Assembly (NCBI RefSeq): GCF_050320075.1
Contig: NZ_CP190018.1
Source of the DNA: Escherichia coli
GTDB lineage: Bacteria; Pseudomonadota; Gammaproteobacteria; Enterobacterales; Enterobacteriaceae
Length of the DNA stretch: 64,000 nt
Strand: one strand, 5' to 3'
The notes below the pieces were generated by a model. That model saw nothing but the letters and a program-made list of their open reading frames with translations. It ran no database searches and was not told the DNA's origin. Each line of letters opens with the position of its first letter. Positions within the stretch are counted from its first letter, which is position 1. Below, piece by piece: positions 7,244 through 14,478 of the stretch. The position numbers were made by a program, and so were the translations under genes.

Positions 7244-7452
7244 TGTCAAAAACTAAACGTGTGCGCCTTCTGGCGCTCACAGAAGAAGGGAAAGCGGGTA
7301 ATTGTTTCACAGTAGGTAAAGTGTATACCGGCTTACTCGACACTTACACCCGCCTGATGCACGTAACCGATGATAACGGTAACGATCAAACAATCGTTTT
7401 AGATGGTAATTGCGTATTTGGTGAGTGGGAACTGACAACCGAAAAAAGTTGA
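7243..7452 (+). CDS. Hypothetical protein (69 aa)
   Basis: Translationally coupled ORF and the last gene of the early operon. Confidence 0.7.
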   Translation: MSKTKRVRLLALTEEGKAGNCFTVGKVYTGLLDTYTRLMHVTDDNGNDQTIVLDGNCVFGEWELTTEKS

Positions 7453-7471
7453 AAATAATTGCATTTACCTA

Positions 7472-7500
7472 TTGACTTTTACTAACAGAAATGTTAGAAT
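7472..7500 (+). promoter_or_regulatory. Sigma70-like promoter (TTGACT-17-TAGAAT)
   Basis: Hexamers at 7472-7477 and 7495-7500, 20 nt after the early-operon stop. Confidence 0.5.
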
Positions 7501-7506
7501 AATAAA

Positions 7507-7749
7507 TGTTGGGTTTGGAATCGAAAATAGGTGTTAGCTGGCGTTAATCCTTCTCCCGATTCTAATCCTACACGAAAGCGGGGTAGACCTCAAGGGGTCG
7601 CGCCCTATCTAACCTATCCCGCTTTCCCTTTACAGTGATTTTTTAGAAATTGTTTCCCTCGTTAATAGTTTCATTTTATTTTCCTTATTGCTTTATCAAA
7701 ATTGTGTCTTAAGAATGCAGGGGCTACGGATTTGGCCCCTCATCTTTTT
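7507..7749 (+). ncRNA. Candidate structured leader or ncRNA 1
   Basis: No ORF longer than 20 codons. A 13 bp stem (7574-7586 with 7614-7626) encloses the AGGG-gtcgcg-CCCT hairpin. Ends at the terminator-like hairpin at 7719-7749. Confidence 0.3.
7719..7749 (+). terminator. Intrinsic terminator-like hairpin (AGGGGC...GCCCCT followed by T5)
   Basis: 6 bp GC stem at 7719-7724 and 7735-7740, with a T-run at 7745-7749. Confidence 0.5.
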
Positions 7750-7869
7750 AACCAACTGCGAAGCATGAAACACTTTCTAAAAACACTGTTTACAGTGTCT
7801 ATAAACCCCGTATAAACAAATAACGGTGTATATCTGTTTCTTGACAACAGTTTTCTACTAAGCTTAAAG

Positions 7870-8290
7870 CTGAATATGTTTTTGTTTGTTGGTGTTTATT
7901 AAGGTGCCAATCTTAGAACGCGAAAGCGTGGATGATCCCCGAAATCATCTCGGCACCGCCTCCTATTAAAATGAGAATCCAAAAGGTTTGAAAGTTAATA
8001 GGTGATTCCTGAAAGTCTGATCGATGCATCCACATTGTGAAAGACAGCGATTAGCCGTCGCACGAATAACAGGTTTATAGATTCCTCTCCAAAGGGGGCG
8101 ACCTCCTAAGCGCCTACTCCCTGTAAGCCTGTTATTCACCCCTCAAGGGTATATAACAATAAGCAATCTTATTCTTATATGTCCTCCTCTTTAAGTTCAT
8201 ATAAACTGCGATTTAGTAACACTCTATAACATCCTTCAAATGTTGTATTCATAAAGCCGGAAGCTTTCCCCTTCCGGTTTTATTTTTATC
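7870..8290 (+). ncRNA. Candidate long structured RNA 2 (about 420 nt). The 5' end is uncertain.
   Basis: A possible promoter is TTGACA at 7841-7846 with a weak -10 TTAAAG. A three-way junction is formed by GGTGCC 7903-7908 with GGCACC 7952-7957, the GNRA hairpin ACGC-GAAA-GCGT at 7918-7929, and GATGAT/ATCATC at 7931-7949. An 8 bp stem pairs 7962-7969 with 7995-8002, and a 10 bp stem pairs 8064-8073 with 8128-8137. A strong terminator sits at 8253-8290. No ORF longer than 20 codons. Confidence 0.4.
8253..8290 (+). terminator. Intrinsic terminator (CCGGAAG-ctttccc-CTTCCGG followed by a T-rich tail)
   Basis: 7 bp GC-rich stem extended by A-U/G-U pairs, then TTTTATTTTTAT. It lies about 40 nt before the first head-module gene. 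Confidence 0.7.
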
Positions 8291-8330
8291 AGCACTAAAC
8301 AAGACTGTTAGGAATAAAGGTAAAGCAATA

Positions 8331-8546
8331 ATGCAAAATCTCATTCTAAAGAATGGTAACGAAGAATTGGTTATCACTGATGAAACATTCAATGCTACGG
8401 CTTATATGCTGGGGATCACTCCCACAGAATTGAAAAAACATTGTGATAAGCTTTTTAAGTCTGCTGATGAACAGAAACCTACTATGCAGGATCTGATTAA
8501 AGCAAAAGCAGAACAAATCAAACAATCCAAAAAAGGAAACTATTAA
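8331..8546 (+). CDS. Hypothetical protein (71 aa), first gene of the head module
   Basis: ORF with SD. No motif recognised. Confidence 0.7.
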   Translation: MQNLILKNGNEELVITDETFNATAYMLGITPTELKKHCDKLFKSADEQKPTMQDLIKAKAEQIKQSKKGNY

Positions 8547-8548
8547 TT

Positions 8549-8920
8549 ATGGCTATTATTAATATGAGCGATCTGTTTCCAGTTCGCAAATCATTTACCG
8601 ATATCGTTTCATATGCAACTGATGAGTTCGGTTGTGTGCAATCTTTTACCGTTGATCTGGCGGTTGATGTTGAATGCGGCGATCTGATTACCAGTGACGG
8701 CGCTGAATATGTAAGCGGCGGCGATGTTCTTGTAGTTGTGTCTGATGCGGTATCCGCTGGCGACGCTAAAACCGTTAACGTGCTGCGTAGCAATGCCGGA
8801 CTGGTTTGCATCAAGTCCGATGCTCTGAATGTTGAAGGCGCTGTGAAAGAAGCTGCTATTGCTGCCCTGGCTGCAAAAGGTTTCCAGATGGCTGGTTTTA
8901 ACACTGTATTCACATCTTAA
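8549..8920 (+). CDS. Head decoration / capsid-cement-like protein (gpD / DUF2190-like)
   Basis: 123 aa, Gly/Ala/Val-rich beta-type protein immediately upstream of the capsid gene. The size, position and G..V......G.....V pattern are typical of decoration proteins. The assignment rests on pattern, not on an alignment. Confidence 0.6.
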   Translation: MAIINMSDLFPVRKSFTDIVSYATDEFGCVQSFTVDLAVDVECGDLITSDGAEYVSGGDVLVVVSDAVSAGDAKTVNVLRSNAGLVCIKSDALNVEGAVKEAAIAALAAKGFQMAGFNTVFTS

Positions 8921-8938
8921 TATAAAGGAATAAAAATA

Positions 8939-9967
8939 ATGATTATTGGTAATGAATCCGTCGATCTGGCTCCGCTGTTTAGTCTGCACGACTCTCGCAA
9001 CTTCCTGTTAACTTCTCTCGACTTTACTGATCCGGTAGGTGTGAGTTCTCATAAAGTGGCTGTTAGCCAACTGGTGGAAACTAACGAATCTCTGTTCAAC
9101 AAAGAAACCTCTCGTTTCTCTTCTGAACATAACGTGACTAAACGTGAACAGGGTAAAGAATTTTTAGTAGAGATCCCCTACTTCCTGCGTGAAGATATGA
9201 TTAAGCCGCAAGACGTGCAAGGCAAACGTAAACCAGGCGCTACCGTTGAAGAAACTCTGACAGATATCTACGCGGAATATGTTGCTAAGCACCACATTGC
9301 TTTCCAGCGTACTAAAGAAAGCGTGCTGGCTGCTTCCCTGTTCTCTGGTCGCACTTACACCCCTAAAACTGATGATGTGCTGATCCAGTGGGGCGATCTG
9401 TTTAGTGTTGTTCCGATGACTGCAACCATCGACGCATCAAGCACCACGCCTTCTATGGTGTTCCAGCAATTCGATCAGATGCATACAGACGTTATTACTA
9501 AAGCACAAAGCCAGGCGGCTGCTGTAGAACGTATCGTTGTATTCTGTAAACCTGCTGCTTTCAACGCTATCCGTTACAGTGCTGGCATGGTTAACGCGTT
9601 CCAGTATGCAAGCCCTACCGATGACGCAAACATCGTTTATAGCGTGCGCTCCCTGCTGCCAGGTGTGACTACCTTCACTATTCCTGGGACTAACATCGAT
9701 ATCGTTAAAGTTACTGATCCGCTGCTGCTGGCTCATATGACTTCTGATGCGGTTGCTGTTCCGAAGTTCGCTAAAGGCTCTAACGTCTATCAGAACATTT
9801 TCAGCGCTCCTTCTTCAACGTTCGACCTGCTGAATTCTGGCGCGGCTGAATATTACAGCTATGCGTTTAGCCCAGCACGTAACGACGCTGTAAACGTAGT
9901 TACTGAGAATAGCCAGATGGTTGTAAACCACGGCGTAGGCTTCACTGTACAGATCACAGTAGCGTAA
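8939..9967 (+). CDS. Major capsid protein, lambda gpE-like family
   Basis: 342 aa, close to the size I recall for gpE (about 341 aa). The IKPQDVQGKRKPG segment resembles the conserved P.D.QG.R..G region of the capsid E family. It follows a decoration-like gene as in lambda D-E. Confidence 0.75.
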   Translation: MIIGNESVDLAPLFSLHDSRNFLLTSLDFTDPVGVSSHKVAVSQLVETNESLFNKETSRFSSEHNVTKREQGKEFLVEIPYFLREDMIKPQDVQGKRKPGATVEETLTDIYAEYVAKHHIAFQRTKESVLAASLFSGRTYTPKTDDVLIQWGDLFSVVPMTATIDASSTTPSMVFQQFDQMHTDVITKAQSQAAAVERIVVFCKPAAFNAIRYSAGMVNAFQYASPTDDANIVYSVRSLLPGVTTFTIPGTNIDIVKVTDPLLLAHMTSDAVAVPKFAKGSNVYQNIFSAPSSTFDLLNSGAAEYYSYAFSPARNDAVNVVTENSQMVVNHGVGFTVQITVA

Positions 9968-10017
9968 TAAAGCGTTAATAGTCGTTTCCTGTGCGACTGG
10001 AAATAAAACAGGCAATA

Positions 10018-10081
10018 AGGGCAAAAGGGATTATTAAACCTGTAGCGCAAATACAGTAAACAATCTCTTTTGCCCTTTTTT
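10018..10081 (+). terminator. Long-stem terminator-like structure after the capsid gene
   Basis: AGGGCAAAAG at 10018-10027 pairs with CTTTTGCCCT at 10067-10076, followed by T5. An inner hairpin lies at 10040-10056. Confidence 0.45.
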
Positions 10082-10120
10082 CGTTTATACCGTCTATTAA
10101 AATATTGTGAGAGAAAAATC

Positions 10121-10312
10121 ATGAGCGAACAAAACAACAATCCAGTTGAGATCCTGAAAGCTGTTTCCACCTTACCGGAAGATATTCTGAATATCTCTCA
10201 AGTGTGTAAGTTTTTAGGGATCTCTAATACTGCTGTACGTCAAAGAATCTTCACTACTGGCTGCTCAGCTATGGAAGCAGTGCAATACTACGTAACAAAA
10301 CAAAACAAATAA
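10121..10312 (+). CDS. Small HTH DNA-binding protein (63 aa). Could be an excisionase/AlpA-like or small-terminase-like recognition protein.
   Basis: The ISQVCKFLGISNTAVRQRI helix-turn-helix. The track ORF start at 10070 lies inside the terminator, so the ATG at 10121 is preferred. Confidence 0.6.
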   Translation: MSEQNNNPVEILKAVSTLPEDILNISQVCKFLGISNTAVRQRIFTTGCSAMEAVQYYVTKQNK

Positions 10313-10330
10313 AAGGTAAAGGAAAATATT

Positions 10331-12172
10331 ATGGATTTAAACATCTCAACCTTAACAAACAAGGTTGTATTTAAAGTTGATTTTGCATCATTACAGAAAG
10401 CAAGGGACGCAGGGAAGAAATTTCAGAAAGAAATGGAAAACCTAACCAATCCAACATTGAAAGGGAAGAAGGCTAAACGAGCTATAGACGAGGCTCATGA
10501 TCTGGTAAAGGCTCGTAAAGCTGCACAGGCTAAAACTGATGCCAAAGCGTCAGACAAGCAAGCTCAAACCGATAAGAAGAACGCTGATAAGGTGGCAAAG
10601 GCAGAAGCTAAAGCGAAGGCTAAAGCCGCTATAGCTGCCGATAAACAGATCCGCGCTAAAGCGACAATAGCAGAGAAAGCAGAGATTAAGCGCCAGCAAG
10701 CTTTCAGACAGCTTGAAGGGATTAAGAAAGGGCGTATGGGCGACGGTATGGACTCCGCCCAATACTACAAAACGTTGCAATACATCAAAGCACAAACGGC
10801 AGCGTATGAGAAAGGCGCTATTAGTCAGGCTAAGATGAATCACCTGATCCGTGATCGTATCACGTTAGAACGCCGTGCGGCTGCTGTAAAAGCTCGCCAG
10901 GTGGCGGCTGATGGCGGTAAATATCCACATATGGCTAAACAGCTTAAAGGCGGTCATATAGGCGGTGGTGTAGGTGCAATGGTGGGCGGTGCCGCTCTCA
11001 CTGCTGCCACTCTCGGCGGTGCTGCGATATTCAATACCGTAACCGATCAGGCAAGCAAGATCACAGACACTAACCGCAAGGCAAAGGCTGTCAACGTAAA
11101 CACTAACGCCCTGTTAGCACTTAATCAGTACGGCTTAGAACACGGTGTCGATAGTTCCGTAGACCAACGTCAAGACAACCTTAAAGACGTTCAAGAGCGT
11201 TTAGGTGAATCCGTAGGGAATACCAAATGGGACGCTAAGAAAGGTCGCTGGGCTGGCGGTAATGGTGCCGTCGATAACATCCTTAATAAATATGGTTGGA
11301 GTCCTGAACAGATTAAAGGTTTCCAGACTGATCCATTAGGTTTCCTGGGCGCTGTAGTGAAAGAAGGAGAACGCCGTGGACTCTCTGATCAGGAGCAGGG
11401 TCACATCCTTGAAGACCTTGGAAATGATTTACAATATTTCCGTGGTGCTTTCAGTCGTAACGGTGAAGAGCTAAATAAAACCATCGTTAAGATGCAAAAA
11501 GCCAATGCCACCTATGCGCAAGCGGATCTTGACGCTGCTGAACGTCTGCAAGCTGTACAGGCTAATATGAATATGGCCTGGGAAGGTAGTAAGAAAGCTA
11601 TCATGACGGGATTCGGTGAAGAGTTCGACGCTCAGGCTGGTGAAGAGTGGGCGCAAATGTTGAAAGATCTCAATCCTCTGTTTAAAGAACTTGGAAGCTC
11701 AACGGCTGAAATGATGAGCGCCTTTGCTGGTGCTGTATCGTGGCTTACTGCTGCATACCAGAATATAAATCCAGAGAACAAACATGAAAACCTTGATTCG
11801 TCCGGTATGTATTATAAGGATTCGTTTGTAGGCGGCATGGTTGATTGGGGTCGTAGTGCTTTAGGCTTATCGCCTATCCCTGGCACGGAAGACAAGCCAA
11901 CGACTGGCGGAACTGCAATTCAGAACTATTCAAGCCCGTCCGATAACGTGCAATCCCTGAAAGAGAACGTTAGCCGTGATCTGAACACTACCCCATCTAT
12001 GACGTATGCGCCAAGCATTGTCGTAAACGTGCCAGAAAGTAAGGTTGATGTGAATATCGCTCCTGATGGTAGTCAGCTTGGATCATACCTCGATTACAAA
12101 GTGGGAAGTATCCAACAAGATTTTGAACGTAGTTTCACGTTGGCGGCTCTGTCTGGGCAAGCACCAAGTTAA
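10331..12172 (+). CDS. Large structural protein, tape-measure-like (Lys/Ala coiled coil plus glycine-zipper hydrophobic segment)
   Basis: 613 aa. The N-terminal KAEAKAKAKAA-type repeats and GGHIGGGVGAMVGGAALTAATLGGAAIF are typical of tape-measure or DNA-pilot proteins. Confidence 0.6.
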   Translation: MDLNISTLTNKVVFKVDFASLQKARDAGKKFQKEMENLTNPTLKGKKAKRAIDEAHDLVKARKAAQAKTDAKASDKQAQTDKKNADKVAKAEAKAKAKAAIAADKQIRAKATIAEKAEIKRQQAFRQLEGIKKGRMGDGMDSAQYYKTLQYIKAQTAAYEKGAISQAKMNHLIRDRITLERRAAAVKARQVAADGGKYPHMAKQLKGGHIGGGVGAMVGGAALTAATLGGAAIFNTVTDQASKITDTNRKAKAVNVNTNALLALNQYGLEHGVDSSVDQRQDNLKDVQERLGESVGNTKWDAKKGRWAGGNGAVDNILNKYGWSPEQIKGFQTDPLGFLGAVVKEGERRGLSDQEQGHILEDLGNDLQYFRGAFSRNGEELNKTIVKMQKANATYAQADLDAAERLQAVQANMNMAWEGSKKAIMTGFGEEFDAQAGEEWAQMLKDLNPLFKELGSSTAEMMSAFAGAVSWLTAAYQNINPENKHENLDSSGMYYKDSFVGGMVDWGRSALGLSPIPGTEDKPTTGGTAIQNYSSPSDNVQSLKENVSRDLNTTPSMTYAPSIVVNVPESKVDVNIAPDGSQLGSYLDYKVGSIQQDFERSFTLAALSGQAPS

Positions 12173-12230
12173 TGATAAAGAGAATGTTTAATCACCATTT
12201 AAAACACTCTTATAAGGAATTAAGCATATA

Positions 12231-12257
12231 AGAGGCTCCCATTACAAGGAAGCCTCT
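12231..12257. terminator. Hairpin between convergent genes (AGAGGCT...AGCCTCT)
   Basis: 7 bp stem followed by TTATT. It sits between the stop at 12172 and the integrase stop at 12280. Confidence 0.45.
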
Positions 12258-12279
12258 TTATTGCGCCTATGGCGTTGTT

Positions 12280-13455
12280 TTAAGCCTTAAAATCAATATT
12301 TAATTCATATCTTACTAATTCTACATATTCAGCTAATTCTGGAATGCTTGCCCCTTGTGAGTAGGTGCGAAAGGCTTCTGTTTTAGCTCTCTGCTCTGTA
12401 TGTCCGGTAATGGCACCGATCCGCTGTTCAGGCACTCCGGCACGATCAAGACAAGTGATAAACATCCCGCGCAAGCTGTGAAAGCATTGTCTATTTGTAG
12501 CGATTGGCAAGACGCTACGACGTAAACGTGAGAACGCTTGAGAATAGAACGGGCCTTTCTTACCGTCGATTCTTTTTACTTTGTTCGAGTGAGGGAACAA
12601 ATATTCACCATAATTATGATTTAAATATTCATCGACAATAATCGATAGTCTCGAATGTATCGGAACGTGCCTGATCCCTGCTTTAGTCTTACTTTTGCTG
12701 ATATAAAAACAGCGTATTCCTTCCACAGTTACAACCTCTGACTTTTTCAGACTTGCCAGTTCGTCTAATCTGCATCCTGAAAACAAGCCCATTAAAATAA
12801 TATTTCTGATCTCCGGCTCCGCTGCATCAAGTAGCTTTTGCATTTGTTCAGGTGTAAACGGTTGATAACTCTCGATTGTGCGACGTGCTTCGAGATTATG
12901 ACCGTGAAAAGGGTTACTGTCTGGTATTCCGTCATAACGGCGTTTAGCAAATTCATAGAGCGATCCTAAGCATGTAAGCCAGTTTTGACGAGATTGATCG
13001 GCTGCTCCTCGTTGCTTCTGGTCATCTAAGAATACTGTTACAAGCCGTCTGCCTATTTTCTCAATATGAATATCATCTTTCTGAATGCTTTGTAAAAATA
13101 GCTCAACGGCCCTTGCTGATTTCTGTAGTGTTGAGTATGAACGACGCTCTCTGTAGCATTCGGCGTATTCGTCACGTATTAAGCATAGGGAAGGCGATGC
13201 ATAACCGCGTTTTACGGCTCTTTGCGTGTTTTTATTGGCCCTTGCCTCTGAATGTAAGGATTCAATAGCTTGTTGTAACCTCCTTTCGGGGTTATCAGGA
13301 TTATGTTTCCGCTTTAGTTCCTCCCATTCTAATAATAGATGGTTTCTGAATCTTCTCGCCTCATTCAGATCTCGTGTAGATGTGCTTTTTCTCCACAACT
13401 TGTAAGGGTAAAGATGACGTAAGTATTTAGGAACAAAAATCGGTGATGCTGCCAA
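12280..13455 (-). CDS. int: Tyrosine recombinase/integrase, 5'-truncated. The first about 5 codons of the open frame are IS1 end sequence.
   Basis: The C-terminal catalytic motifs HSLRG, GH and RTY are present. The N-terminal arm motif (VPKYL...KSTSTRDLNEARRF) begins abruptly. The ORF start (TTG at 13453-13455) lies inside the IS1 IRL, which begins at 13442. Confidence 0.85.
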   Translation of the reverse strand: MAASPIFVPKYLRHLYPYKLWRKSTSTRDLNEARRFRNHLLLEWEELKRKHNPDNPERRLQQAIESLHSEARANKNTQRAVKRGYASPSLCLIRDEYAECYRERRSYSTLQKSARAVELFLQSIQKDDIHIEKIGRRLVTVFLDDQKQRGAADQSRQNWLTCLGSLYEFAKRRYDGIPDSNPFHGHNLEARRTIESYQPFTPEQMQKLLDAAEPEIRNIILMGLFSGCRLDELASLKKSEVVTVEGIRCFYISKSKTKAGIRHVPIHSRLSIIVDEYLNHNYGEYLFPHSNKVKRIDGKKGPFYSQAFSRLRRSVLPIATNRQCFHSLRGMFITCLDRAGVPEQRIGAITGHTEQRAKTEAFRTYSQGASIPELAEYVELVRYELNIDFKA

Positions 13456-13496
13456 CTTACTGATTTAGTGTATGATGGTGTTTTTGAGGTGCTCCA

Positions 13497-13772
13497 GTGG
13501 CTTCTGTTTCTATCAGCTGTCCCTCCTGTTCAGCTACTGACGGGGTGGTGCGTAACGGCAAAAGCACCGCCGGACATCAGCGCTATCTCTGCTCTCACTG
13601 CCGTAAAACATGGCAACTGCAGTTCACTTACACCGCTTCTCAACCCGGTACGCACCAGAAAATCATTGATATGGCCATGAATGGCGTTGGATGCCGGGCA
13701 ACCGCCCGCATTATGGGCGTTGGCCTCAACACGATTTTCCGCCATTTAAAAAACTCAGGCCGCAGTCGGTAA
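13497..13772 (+). CDS. insA: IS1 InsA
   Basis: 91 aa, [40 protein letters not shown]..., recognised. Confidence 0.95.
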   Translation: MASVSISCPSCSATDGVVRNGKSTAGHQRYLCSHCRKTWQLQFTYTASQPGTHQKIIDMAMNGVGCRATARIMGVGLNTIFRHLKNSGRSR

Positions 13773-14194
13773 CCTCGCGCATACAGCCGGGCAGTGACGT
13801 CATCGTCTGCGCGGAAATGGACGAACAGTGGGGATACGTCGGGGCTAAATCGCGCCAGCGCTGGCTGTTTTACGCGTATGACAGGCTCCGGAAGACGGTT
13901 GTTGCGCACGTATTCGGTGAACGCACTATGGCGACGCTGGGGCGTCTTATGAGCCTGCTGTCACCCTTTGACGTGGTGATATGGATGACGGATGGCTGGC
14001 CGCTGTATGAATCCCGCCTGAAGGGAAAGCTGCACGTAATCAGCAAGCGATATACGCAGCGAATTGAGCGGCATAACCTGAATCTGAGGCAGCACCTGGC
14101 ACGGCTGGGACGGAAGTCGCTGTCGTTCTCAAAATCGGTGGAGCTGCATGACAAAGTCATCGGGCATTATCTGAACATAAAACACTATCAATAA
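13691..14194 (+). CDS. insB: IS1 InsB' frame, expressed as the InsAB' transposase by -1 frameshifting
   Basis: 167 aa frame overlapping insA. The slippery TTAAAAAAC motif lies at 13746-13754. Confidence 0.9.
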   Translation: MPGNRPHYGRWPQHDFPPFKKLRPQSVTSRIQPGSDVIVCAEMDEQWGYVGAKSRQRWLFYAYDRLRKTVVAHVFGERTMATLGRLMSLLSPFDVVIWMTDGWPLYESRLKGKLHVISKRYTQRIERHNLNLRQHLARLGRKSLSFSKSVELHDKVIGHYLNIKHYQ

Positions 14195-14478
14195 GTTGGA
14201 GTCATTACCCTTTGGCTATGAATAATTCTGATTTGACGAATCCAGAGGACTTATAGATCACTGTCTCCGGTTTAATAACTTGAATATAATCTAATTCTAA
14301 TATTTTAAACGCCTAATGATTTTTCAACACGGGTGTTATTCTGCTTACGCAAAAATTTTATTTTTAATTATATTTCATTATTATTTCATCAATGTATTCT
14401 TTGGATTTTGCTTATAATAATAATGGAAGGGATGATTATAAATGAATGCGTTATTGCATTTACACTCAGGATGAATAT

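Larger units (their letters stand above)
1..13441. mobile_element. Unclassified integrative island (plasmid-like Rep/iteron/resolvase part plus phage head module plus tyrosine integrase). The left end is not defined within the window and the right end is cut by IS1.
   Basis: AT-rich composition unlike the core. None of the ORFs belongs to the K-12 gene order I recall for this locus. Recombinase, integrase and capsid genes are present, and IS1 abuts the integrase. Confidence 0.6.
13442..14209 (+). mobile_element. IS1: IS1 (768 bp)
   Basis: IRL GGTGATGCTGCCAACTTACTGAT starts at 13442 and IRR ...AAGTTGGAGTCATTACC ends at 14209. It carries insA and insB'. The flanking 9-mers differ (ACAAAAATC versus CTTTGGCTA). 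Confidence 0.97.

Noticed and set aside
7453-8330. Hidden protein-coding genes in the 880 bp gap
   Set aside because: On the plus strand, the ATG-initiated frames I checked by eye stop after 4-19 codons (for example those at 7507, 7716, 7765, 7932 and 8179). The minus strand has nothing of 60 aa or more in the track.
1-13441. A retron or diversity-generating retroelement as an explanation for the structured non-coding regions
   Set aside because: No reverse-transcriptase-like ORF exists anywhere in the island or the window.
13468-14160. Additional ORFs within IS1 (13468-13680, 13530-13745, 13640-13909 and 13870-14160)
   Set aside because: These are alternative-frame and antisense artefacts of the IS1 sequence. 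Only insA and the insB' frame are known coding regions.
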